This document shows positions 56,770-64,000 of a DNA stretch of 64,000 nucleotides, piece after piece. Origin of the DNA: an uncultured Candidatus Saccharibacteria bacterium (GTDB lineage: Bacteria > Patescibacteriota > Minisyncoccia > Phycocordibacterales > CAIZLB01); the NCBI GenBank assembly GCA_964368945.1, contig CAYJDM010000006.1, positions 22,546-86,545 of the forward strand. Reading direction: 5' to 3'. The notes under the pieces were generated by a model, which saw only the letters and a list, made by a program, of their open reading frames with translations, ran no database searches and was not told the origin of the DNA. Positions within the stretch are counted from its first letter, which is position 1. Each line of letters starts with the position of its first letter. Made by a program: the position numbers and the translations under genes.

Positions 56770-57714
56770 ATGAACACTGAAAAAAGAATGGAATTGCAGA
56801 AAATGATACTCGCTAATGTCAAAAGCTCAGAGTCCAAGCCGACTCGCTTGAGCAGGCTGCTCAAGGAACCGGTAAAGTCCATTCCTTTTTTCTGCAAGCA
56901 GGTCATCGCGCGCATAAAGCCTTTCAAGGTCGACTATAAGACGCTTTGGAACGATACGATGTCATTCTATCTGCCCGAAGGAAATGCCATCTACTATTAT
57001 GGATATTATGAAGCGGACCTGACGAATTTTTTCATCAATGCGATCCATGATGGCGACGTATTCTTCGATATCGGAACGCATGTCGGATACTATACCCTTC
57101 TCGCCTCTCGCCTTGCCGCTTCTTCAGGATCAGTGCACGGATTCGAGCCTACGCCAAGAACGTTCAAGACGCTTTCTGAAAATATGGCGAGGAATGCGGG
57201 CGCTGCAGACGGAATATCACGAGCGAAAGTCTCGCTTAACAATGTGGCGGTCTTGGATCATGAGACCGAAATCGATTTCGTGGATTATGGGCCAAAAAAT
57301 AGCGCCTTCAATAGCTATAAATCGCGAGACGGAGAAGGCATGGAATTCCTAGGACAGCCAGAGCACTTCAAGGCAAAGACCATATCGCTCGATGCTTACT
57401 GCAAGGAGAGATCTGTCGCGCCGACCATCATCAAGATCGATGCGGAAGGAGCAGAGCATCTCATATTGCAGTCGATGAACCAGATACTCGAGAATGCCAA
57501 GCCTATCGTCACTATCGAAGTCGGCGGCGGCGCAGAATGGAAGCATAATTGCGATCAGTCGATTGATTTTCTCCTAGGAAAGGGCTATGCATGCTATGAG
57601 ACGACGATCGAGGGCAAAATTAAGCCTCATATCAGGCAGGATCTATATCACTACGACAATCTCATCTTCATCCATCCGGAAAAGATGGCCAAGGTGCAGA
57701 ATATTTTGGCATAA
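56770..57714 (+). CDS. FkbM family methyltransferase
   Basis: FFDIGTHVGYYTLLAS and IIKIDAEGAEHLIL (FkbM motifs). Start moved to the ATG at 56770 (MNTEKRMELQKM), just after the upstream stop. Confidence 0.7.
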   Translation: MNTEKRMELQKMILANVKSSESKPTRLSRLLKEPVKSIPFFCKQVIARIKPFKVDYKTLWNDTMSFYLPEGNAIYYYGYYEADLTNFFINAIHDGDVFFDIGTHVGYYTLLASRLAASSGSVHGFEPTPRTFKTLSENMARNAGAADGISRAKVSLNNVAVLDHETEIDFVDYGPKNSAFNSYKSRDGEGMEFLGQPEHFKAKTISLDAYCKERSVAPTIIKIDAEGAEHLILQSMNQILENAKPIVTIEVGGGAEWKHNCDQSIDFLLGKGYACYETTIEGKIKPHIRQDLYHYDNLIFIHPEKMAKVQNILA

Positions 57715-57725
57715 AGAAAAACCGA

Positions 57726-58703
57726 ATGCTCAATATACTTACCAGACCTCCGAAAATATGGTTCCCAGGATCAGCGAGGTATTTTTCGAAATGGCTCATA
57801 AAGAAAATCCTGAACAAGAAGCGCGGCCCTGACGGAGTGCTCGAAAGCCTGAAGCGAGGACTGAATGAGCTCCGCTTCCCTTTCGTCATCAATGCTCCGC
57901 TGCAAAAAGGCCAAATCGTCCATGTGATTAGCAATATGGAGGCGCTCAAATATGCAGTCGCTCATAAGGAATCAGTCGGCATAAGCAAGCTTGTTGCAGG
58001 TCCTAATTTGGTCGTGCTGCCAGATGAGCGTGACAGCCTGCTCGCCTCTACGCTGATCGATATAGTCCTCACCGTTTCTCCTTGGGTCACTGATTTGTAT
58101 GGAAAAATAATTCCGAGCCTCATTCCAAAGATGCATATCTGGCCAGCAGGAGTGCAGATGCCCGATGCAAATGCGTATATGAGCGATAGCCCGTCGAATA
58201 TTGATCAGAATTTCATTTGCATAGTCTTCAAGAAAAAAGTTCCGGTCAATATTTACGAAAAAGCCATTCATGCCCTTGATGAAAAAAAGATCAAATACAA
58301 GGTCTTCGTATATGGCACATTCAAGCAGAAGGAATATTTCGACGCCCTCTCCAGTATTTCTGGCCGAAATGGATTCATGATCTATCTTCAGGAATCCGAG
58401 AGCCAAGGCATAGCATTCCAGGAAGCCTGGATTCGCAATGTCCCTACCCTTGTCTGGAATAAAGGTTCGTATACCAGCACCACGGGCATCAACGTGACCG
58501 GCAATGTAGGCGCCCCCTTCCTTACAGATGAGGCCGGCATGCTCTTCAGCGGCATAAGCGATCTGGACGCAGCGCTCGATGCTTTTATCCTGAAAAAGGA
58601 TGCCGCAGATCCATCCAATGCCTTTCACCCTCGGGAATATTGTCTGCAGAGCCTCACTGACAAGGCCTCAGCGCAGACATATCTACGGGCCACAGGCTTA
58701 TAG
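57726..58703 (+). CDS. hypothetical protein, possibly a GT-B glycosyltransferase
   Basis: C-terminal ESQGIAFQEAWIRNVPTLVWNKG loosely resembles the GT1/GT4 E-x7-E region. Otherwise unassigned. Confidence 0.35.
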   Translation: MLNILTRPPKIWFPGSARYFSKWLIKKILNKKRGPDGVLESLKRGLNELRFPFVINAPLQKGQIVHVISNMEALKYAVAHKESVGISKLVAGPNLVVLPDERDSLLASTLIDIVLTVSPWVTDLYGKIIPSLIPKMHIWPAGVQMPDANAYMSDSPSNIDQNFICIVFKKKVPVNIYEKAIHALDEKKIKYKVFVYGTFKQKEYFDALSSISGRNGFMIYLQESESQGIAFQEAWIRNVPTLVWNKGSYTSTTGINVTGNVGAPFLTDEAGMLFSGISDLDAALDAFILKKDAADPSNAFHPREYCLQSLTDKASAQTYLRATGL

Positions 58704-58715
58704 TATAATGACCGC

Positions 58716-59621
58716 ATGTTTTATACAGCCATAAAAAGCGGATTGGGAAACCAGATGTTTCAGTATGCATATGGCTATACTGCCGCCAAAAAAGCCGGAT
58801 TGGATCTATCGCTCGATACCAGCGCATATGGGAGGCAGTTTGCAAAAGATACGCCGCGCAATTTCACGCTTCAGCATTTCAATATCGAAGCGAAGATAGC
58901 AACTGACGAAGAGACTGCGCGCTTTCATACCACTCTCAGATTCTTCTTGCGCAGGGTTCGCAATAAGCTTTGGCCATTCGCGAATATGACTTTTTATCCA
59001 AAGGAATTCGCAGTCAAAGACGGCCAGTACAAGGAGGGCTATTGGCAGAATGAAAAATATTTCATCGATTGCGCGGACGATATCCGACGTCAGTTCACGC
59101 TCAAGGCCGGCTTTGGCCCAGAGGCATCAAGGGCACTCGATGAGATTCGGGCATGCAAAGAAAAAGGAATCATCACCGTACTTGTTCATGTCCGTCGGGG
59201 AGATTTCGTCACGAATGTCCACGCCCGTGCTGAACAAGGGGCGCTCGACATCGACTATTTCAAGCGAGGCATCGACCTTATCGCAGAGAGGATCGCGCTC
59301 AAGGCAAAGATGGGAAATGATTTTGAGAAAAACATTCCGAGCATCCATATTTTCTTCGCATCAGACGATATCCCTTGGGTTTTAGAAAATATCAAGACCG
59401 ATTTTCCATCAAGCGCCATAAGCGCACCAGGCATCAAAGATTATGAAGAGCTTCTTATAATGTCGAATTGCGATCATTTCGTAATCTCGAATTCGAGCTT
59501 CAGCTGGTGGGCGGCTTGGCTTTCTACCAATCCGAACAAGATCGTCATTGCGCCCAAGCGATGGCGAGTGGATAATGCCGATACAAGCGATGCTACCCCA
59601 CCGAACTGGCTTCGAATCTAA
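58716..59621 (+). CDS. alpha-1,2-fucosyltransferase-like glycosyltransferase (GT11)
   Basis: GT11 motif I GLGNQMFQYAYG and motif VLVHVRRGDF (HxRRGD). Confidence 0.75.
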   Translation: MFYTAIKSGLGNQMFQYAYGYTAAKKAGLDLSLDTSAYGRQFAKDTPRNFTLQHFNIEAKIATDEETARFHTTLRFFLRRVRNKLWPFANMTFYPKEFAVKDGQYKEGYWQNEKYFIDCADDIRRQFTLKAGFGPEASRALDEIRACKEKGIITVLVHVRRGDFVTNVHARAEQGALDIDYFKRGIDLIAERIALKAKMGNDFEKNIPSIHIFFASDDIPWVLENIKTDFPSSAISAPGIKDYEELLIMSNCDHFVISNSSFSWWAAWLSTNPNKIVIAPKRWRVDNADTSDATPPNWLRI

Positions 59622-59631
59622 TATCTAATAT

Positions 59632-60477
59632 ATGAGCGATACAGCGAATACCGACAATAAGCCGAATATTTCGGCAATCATACCGACGAGAAATGGCCAT
59701 GCAACGATCGCGCGGGCAATTCAGAGCATGCTGGATCAGACTTTGGTTCCGTCTGAGATCTTGATCATTTCTGACAATGATGTGATAGACGCTGCGGGCA
59801 AGATCGCATCCGATGAGCTGCATGCCGTCATCGCTAACAATTTTGCAAATGAAAGTTTCTCAGAAGACGCAAGAGGCAAAATCCGCATAATCCAAGGACC
59901 ATCGAAAGGCCCCGGAATTGCCCGCAATCTCGGAGTCGAAAAGGCATCGAACGATCTGATCGCCTTTCTCGACGATGACGATATATGGAGCGATAAGCAG
60001 AAGCTCGAGAAGCAGGCCGCTTATCTGGCAAACCACCCTGAGATAGATGTCGTCGGAGCGGAGACAGCTTTTTTCATAAGAGAGAATGGCGAAAAATTCC
60101 AGACAATAACACAGCCAACAGATCCTGAGGCGGTACGCGATCAGATGCTTGTCCGCAATCCCCTCATCACATCTTCCGTCTTGATGCGCCGACAGGCATT
60201 CATCGATGCGAAAGGCTTCAAGCCAATGTATCTCGCCGAAGACTATGACCTCTGGCTGCGCATGAATCGCAAGCGAAATCGAATCTCAAATGTACCCGGC
60301 ACATCGATCGAATATACCGTACGCGAAGGCAGCGCTTCCCAGAAAAGAAAAGTCCGCATGGCATATGCGGTCGCTTCTCTCGTATTCAAGAATGCATTTT
60401 TTTATCCAAATAAATTCGCAATCGTAAAAGCGAAATGGCCAATCTTCAAGAGATTGCTAGCTGAGAAGCTTCGATAA
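59632..60477 (+). CDS. glycosyltransferase family 2
   Basis: ISAIIPTRNGHATIARAIQSMLDQT (GT2 N-terminus), AFLDDDDIW (DxD). Confidence 0.7.
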   Translation: MSDTANTDNKPNISAIIPTRNGHATIARAIQSMLDQTLVPSEILIISDNDVIDAAGKIASDELHAVIANNFANESFSEDARGKIRIIQGPSKGPGIARNLGVEKASNDLIAFLDDDDIWSDKQKLEKQAAYLANHPEIDVVGAETAFFIRENGEKFQTITQPTDPEAVRDQMLVRNPLITSSVLMRRQAFIDAKGFKPMYLAEDYDLWLRMNRKRNRISNVPGTSIEYTVREGSASQKRKVRMAYAVASLVFKNAFFYPNKFAIVKAKWPIFKRLLAEKLR

Positions 60478-63051
60478 GGTATCTATATCGACTTCCGGCG
60501 CGGCTGGCTGTGCCGCAGGCGCAGGAGTATGCGCTTGCGCTTGAGTTTCAGCATGCGGCTTATGGTGAGCGGCATGATGCGAAGCCAGTTTTGATTCAGC
60601 GTGAGGAGTCGGAGTCCTATGTTCAGTGTGCGGCGCATTGACAGGATGTGAAGCATGCATTGCGCGAGAATCCGTATCAGCAGACCGTGCGCCGCTTTGC
60701 GCATGCTGCCTTTCTGGATGCACGGCATGAGTGCGTGATGATGCATCGTGAGCATGGGTTCGAGGCTGGGCATGATGCGCAGGATTATCGGTTCGAGGCG
60801 CATGCGTCTGCTGAGCAGGTGTCGGCGCTGGCGCAGGGGCTATCGGTACAGATTGCGGTTGTGGCTGCGGACGAGATTGGGGCAGCGACTGCGGTTGTGA
60901 TGCCGGCGCTTCTCTCTCAGGATTCGAAGGCACTTCTCCAAGCACGCCGAGCAAGGCATTCTTTAGATCAAGGATGTTTTGAGGCTTGGCTGTCTTTGCC
61001 TCATTTCTCACCTTCTGCTCTTCCTCATTTCGGCTTTTCAAATAATTGAGCGAGATCGCTTCGCGCAGGGATTTCTCCCTATCGACTGCTGGCTCGATCG
61101 AATCGACGCTGGAATTCTTGTGAACCTCATGATCATTCCTGAAACCGCGCGGAGATGCCGCGACGGATTCCGTCGGATCCTGCTCTTCGAGGCCTTCGAC
61201 TTTTTCTCCAGCCAAAAGGCTCTCGAATGCCTTAGCAAAAGGCTTCTCTGTCTTTGGGCTGCTTGGACCGCGGCCATCATCGCGACGAGGTCTATCGTCT
61301 GATCGCTCGCCGAACCTACTTCCTGTGCGGTCGCCTGCAGGCCTGTCTCCGCCTCTGTCATTTGATCGTCCGGCAAAGCTTCCAGCATTCGGCGCTCCGC
61401 CGCTCGATCTCTCCGGAGATCTTTCTCCGAATCTTTCGCCTCCTCTACCGCCGCGATCGCCCGATCCCGACATAGACGAATTCGCAGATGAGCCGCCTGC
61501 AAATCCAGAATCTCGTCTCGGCGGCCGATCGCCATAATTGCCAGCGCCTTGTGATCCGCCGCCCGATGATCGCGGAGCGCTATCTCGATTGTCTCTATTG
61601 CCAGAGAATCCGCCTTCGCGTCCGCCTCTGTCGCCGCCGCCAGCATATCCTCCGCCCTGACCTCCTCCTTGGCCACTCTGTCCACCCTGAGGGTGCGATG
61701 AAGGCGCGCCATATCCGCTCGAGCCGCCGCCTGCGCTTGGTGCATTGGGACCTGGCAGGATTTTATCAATATGCCATTGTCGAATCATATCTTCTACCTG
61801 CTCGCGAGGATGCGCGAACTGTGCTCGAGACGAATCGATGATTTCCTTTACATATGTCTTCTCAGGCTTTGCGATCGGCGCCATTCCCATGGCAGAAAAA
61901 GGAGGCGAAGTAACATAGTCGATCATGAGCTTCAGATACATCTGATATTGCTGCAAGTTCACGAGGTCCTCGGCGCTGAATTGCGGCACGAATTCTTTTT
62001 CAAAAACAGCCGCATCGTATGCGCCCACTCGGAATACGACCATGGAACCGACGTTACCGAATACGGCAGCGCGCACTTCCTCGGTCATCTGCTCGATATA
62101 TTGGTGAGCGATGGTGAGCGAGAGCTTATACTTTCGTGCCTCGGACAAGATATCGGCAAATGATTCATTGGCAAAAGACTGAAACTCATCCACATAGAGA
62201 TAGAATTCAGCCGCTTCCTTGAGCTCCTTCTCATTCAAGTCGGCTCGTGACATCGCGGCGAGGTAGATCTTGGTAATGAGCATGGCTCCGAGCAAGTTCG
62301 CATTCGCCTCGCCAACTCGTCCCTTCGACAGGTTCACTATGAAAATCTTCTTCTGATCCATCATCGCTCGGATATCGAAAGAAGATTTCGGCTGGCCTAT
62401 GATATTTCGTACGAGCGGATTGGCTACGAATTGTCCTACCTTGTTCTGGATGGCAGGAGCGGCCTCGGCTGCGAATTTGTCCGTATATTTTGCATATTCA
62501 TCTACCCAGAATGATCGCACTGATGGATCAGTGATATTGTTCACCACCGTCGTTCTGAAATCCTTGTCCACGAGCATGCGGTTCACGCCCATCAATGTAG
62601 ACTCTGGATATTCGAGAAGAGCGAGCATGATATTCGAAAGGATATATTCCATTCGAGCAGAGAAGGCATCCACCCAGATTCGCTTGAAAGCGGACATGAG
62701 GCCGTTGACGACGAGATGTCTTTTTTCTGGACCTACATCCTCGAGCACATTGAAAGAGATGGGGTGATCGAGGTCGAAAGGCGCGAAATATACGACATCC
62801 TTGATGCGATGCTCTGGAATATATTCGAGGAGGAAGTCCGCGGACTTTCCGTGAGGGTCGATAAAGGCAAGCCCTTCCCCATTCTGAATATCCTGAATCG
62901 CCAGGTTTTCAAGAAAAGTCGACTTACCCATACCCGTCTTTCCGATGACGTACATGTGTCGCGAGCGGTCTTTTTTCTTTATGCCAAAACGCACCCGCTT
63001 ATTGCGGGCATCCGTCTCGCCGAAATATGTTACTCGCTCGTTATCATCCAT
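60457..63051 (-). CDS. TraD/TraG/VirD4-like type IV coupling-protein P-loop ATPase (about 430 aa) fused to an intrinsically disordered C-terminal tail (about 430 aa) rich in RGG and His/Pro/Ala/Gln
   Basis: Walker A YVIGKTGMGKSTFLENL, FIDPHGKSADF, Walker B FYLYVDEFQSFA, LTIAHQYIEQM, and FRVG arginine-finger region. The tail carries GGQSGQGGGQGGGYAGGGDRGGREGGFSGNRD...RGGRGGERFGERS..., then PQPQPQSVPIAPAPAPTPAQQTHAPRTDNPAHHAQPRTHAHDASSRTHAVHPER... The tail DNA is GC-rich and produces spurious overlapping ORFs. Confidence 0.7.
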   Translation of the reverse strand: MDDNERVTYFGETDARNKRVRFGIKKKDRSRHMYVIGKTGMGKSTFLENLAIQDIQNGEGLAFIDPHGKSADFLLEYIPEHRIKDVVYFAPFDLDHPISFNVLEDVGPEKRHLVVNGLMSAFKRIWVDAFSARMEYILSNIMLALLEYPESTLMGVNRMLVDKDFRTTVVNNITDPSVRSFWVDEYAKYTDKFAAEAAPAIQNKVGQFVANPLVRNIIGQPKSSFDIRAMMDQKKIFIVNLSKGRVGEANANLLGAMLITKIYLAAMSRADLNEKELKEAAEFYLYVDEFQSFANESFADILSEARKYKLSLTIAHQYIEQMTEEVRAAVFGNVGSMVVFRVGAYDAAVFEKEFVPQFSAEDLVNLQQYQMYLKLMIDYVTSPPFSAMGMAPIAKPEKTYVKEIIDSSRAQFAHPREQVEDMIRQWHIDKILPGPNAPSAGGGSSGYGAPSSHPQGGQSGQGGGQGGGYAGGGDRGGREGGFSGNRDNRDSAPRSSGGGSQGAGNYGDRPPRRDSGFAGGSSANSSMSGSGDRGGRGGERFGERSPERSSGGAPNAGSFAGRSNDRGGDRPAGDRTGSRFGERSDDRPRRDDGRGPSSPKTEKPFAKAFESLLAGEKVEGLEEQDPTESVAASPRGFRNDHEVHKNSSVDSIEPAVDREKSLREAISLNYLKSRNEEEQKVRNEAKTAKPQNILDLKNALLGVLGEVPSNPEREAPASQPQSLPQSRPQPQPQSVPIAPAPAPTPAQQTHAPRTDNPAHHAQPRTHAHDASSRTHAVHPERQHAQSGARSADTDSRAMHASHPVNAPHTEHRTPTPHAESKLASHHAAHHKPHAETQAQAHTPAPAAQPAAPEVDIDTLSKLLS

Positions 63052-63164
63052 AATGTGCTGTGCTGATGGATAAAGTATATCAGAAAGCGTGGCGGTTTTA
63101 TATGTGCTTTTTTGCGCGAAAGTTGAGCGCTTTTGTATGAGTTTTTATATAAAAAAATAGACGA

Positions 63165-63205
63165 GGGAAAGCCCGCCTGCACTGGGTGCGCGGCGGGCTT
63201 TGAGG
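63165..63205 (-). terminator. intrinsic terminator after the small membrane-protein gene
   Basis: AAAGCCCGCC...GGCGGGCTTT 10 bp stem (63168-63177 and 63192-63201). On the minus strand it is followed by a T-rich run. Confidence 0.5.
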
Positions 63206-63231
63206 CTTTCGCCTGTGGGCCTTTTTGACGA

Positions 63232-63597
63232 TTACTTCGTGCCTTCCGGCGCTTCGTATTCGTCGTAGTAATAGGTCTCGCCTTCTGAGCCGTAGTCGTC
63301 GTACTCTGACTCCGACGTCGATACGGCTTTATAGGCATAGTACCCACCTGCCGGATCTTCATAGGAGAAGCTGAATGTGTCGCCGTACTCGAATCTGGCG
63401 GAATTCACGTAGGTGTACGTCGGAAGCTTAGTGGCTTGAGGTTGCACGGCGCTCACGGTCAGTGAGGAATTCGGCTGGCCTTCAATGACTTCAAGCCGCT
63501 TGATGCGCGCAGCCAGAAAGCTGACGGAGAATGCGAGAGAGAGGGATCCGAGGAATGTGACGGCGAGCAAGGTGTTCTTAAAGGAGTTGATATTCAT
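63232..63597 (-). CDS. small membrane-anchored protein (about 121 aa) with an acidic Tyr-rich C-terminal tail
   Basis: Start placed at the ATG at 63597 (MNINSFKNTLLAVTFLGSLSLAFSVSFLAARIK, TM/signal). C-terminus ...SESEYDDYGSEGETYYYDEYEAPEGTK. The ORF-track start at 63771 would translate through the promoter below. Confidence 0.45.
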   Translation of the reverse strand: MNINSFKNTLLAVTFLGSLSLAFSVSFLAARIKRLEVIEGQPNSSLTVSAVQPQATKLPTYTYVNSARFEYGDTFSFSYEDPAGGYYAYKAVSTSESEYDDYGSEGETYYYDEYEAPEGTK

Positions 63598-63705
63598 GTT
63601 TTCTGAGTGCTGGGTGTTGGAGTGATGTATTTTGGGAAAGAAGCAGATTTGGTCGCAGAATGATCGTTTAAAATCACCGTAGCTACCATGACCTGTCTGG
63701 TATAA

Positions 63706-63734
63706 ATTATACACCTTTATTGTATATTTGTCAA
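63706..63734 (-). promoter_or_regulatory. consensus sigma70-type promoter: TTGACA, 17 nt spacer, TGTATAAT (extended -10)
   Basis: Minus strand reads TTGACAAATATACAATAAAGGTGTATAAT. The plus-strand complement has TGTCAA at about 63729-63734 and ATTATA at about 63706-63711. Nearly identical to the promoter at 26730-26758. Confidence 0.6.
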
Positions 63735-63739
63735 TAGTA

Positions 63740-63770
63740 CGAAAATAGGCCCGGTTGAGGCCTTTTTTCA
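63740..63770. terminator. bidirectional hairpin terminator
   Basis: AAAATAGGCCCGGTTGAGGCCTTTTTT: stem AGGCC / GGCCT with flanking A and T runs. Sits between the partial gene at the window end and the promoter above. Confidence 0.45.
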
Positions 63771-63810
63771 CGAATATCCATAAGAGATACCGGCGTCTTA
63801 ATACTGTGTC

Positions 63811-64000
63811 TTAGATAGCCAATGCCCCGCCCTTCGTATATACATTCGAGGCATTCCAGAGCATCCAGCTTGTCAGGCCGACATCGTATGTGGCTTTGAC
63901 CTGAGCGCGGATCATGTCAGAGGTATATGTGGCGCCGAGATTGAAGTCCTGCAGCCAAGGCCGGAGCTTGAGCGGATCGAGACCGATGGCCTTGAGCTTT
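63811..64000 (-). CDS. 3' fragment of a hypothetical gene running off the window end
   Basis: Minus-strand frame ...KLKAIGLDPLKLRPWLQDFNLGATYTSDMIRAQVKATYDVGLTSWMLWNASNVYTKGGALAI ends at TAA (63811-63813). No family assigned. Confidence 0.3.
   Translation of the reverse strand, partial: KLKAIGLDPLKLRPWLQDFNLGATYTSDMIRAQVKATYDVGLTSWMLWNASNVYTKGGALAI

Noticed and set aside
57972-58628. 218 aa minus-strand ORF
   Set aside because: Antisense to the 57726-58703 gene. No features.
61038-61769. 243 aa minus-strand ORF and the 60648-61049 plus-strand ORF
   Set aside because: Both are alternative frames or antisense of the GC-rich, low-complexity tail region of the coupling ATPase gene. Their Arg/Ala-rich products are typical frame artefacts.
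63598-63771. N-terminal extension of the small membrane protein ORF (ORF-track start 63771)
   Set aside because: The extension spans a consensus -35/-10 promoter and a terminator hairpin. The signal/TM sequence starts at the internal Met.
1-64000. CRISPR arrays, transposases or integrases, rRNA or tRNA genes, reverse transcriptase or DGR template repeats, toxin-antitoxin pairs
   Set aside because: I looked for direct repeats with regular spacing, DDE/Tyr-recombinase/YxDD motifs and tRNA-like intergenic segments. I found none. The only repeats are protein-level domain duplications and the palindromes listed.

Overview
The 64 kb window is mostly chromosomal and gene-dense, with no CRISPR array, transposase, integrase, tRNA or rRNA that I can recognise. 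It contains five kinds of content. (1) Central carbon metabolism and housekeeping genes on the minus strand: a transketolase N-terminal subunit, rpe, rpiB, gap, gatB, obg, secA, an AI-2E family transporter, a MYG1-family hydrolase and a PurM-like protein. (2) Two surface-glycan biosynthesis regions. At 1-4.4 kb there is a Wzm/Wzt-type ABC exporter with GT34-like, GT8 and GT4 glycosyltransferases. At 36.4-60.5 kb there is a large locus with an O-antigen-ligase/Wzy-like membrane protein carrying TPR repeats, a Wzx flippase, NDP-sugar epimerases, a UDP-sugar 6-dehydrogenase, a Gfo/Idh/MocA oxidoreductase, an SDR, a transaldolase, a complete GDP-D-glycero-alpha-D-manno-heptose pathway (gmhA, hddA, gmhB, hddC), NUDIX hydrolases, GT2, GT4 and GT11 transferases, and four methyltransferase-like genes (two FkbM, one CmcI-like, one DUF268-like). 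(3) A giant secreted NHL-repeat/GLUG-motif cell-surface protein of about 3,100 aa that ends in two peptidoglycan-binding domains. It is annotated as two ORFs (971 and 2129 aa), but a single-nucleotide frameshift near nt 19232 separates them. Two further secreted peptidoglycan-binding-domain proteins are present. (4) An orphan TraD/VirD4-like type-IV coupling-protein ATPase with a C-terminal RGG-rich and His/Pro-rich disordered tail of about 430 aa. Upstream of it lies a small membrane protein driven by a perfect TTGACA-N15-TGTATAAT promoter. (5) Several non-coding signals: a near-identical second super-consensus promoter followed by a roughly 165 nt multi-hairpin leader, a 41 bp palindrome between rpiB and rpe, multiple intrinsic terminators, a frameshifted NUDIX gene at a T6 run, and a free-standing 29 aa Lys/Ala-rich peptide gene. 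The gene content is consistent with a small-genome monoderm bacterium, possibly a Patescibacteria/CPR-like episymbiont, but this is inference only. Evidence: an orphan split transketolase subunit, heavy use of peptidoglycan-binding anchors, and Lys/Ala-rich tails on several proteins. Coordinates I derived by hand (promoters, hairpins, revised starts) may be off by 1-2 nt.
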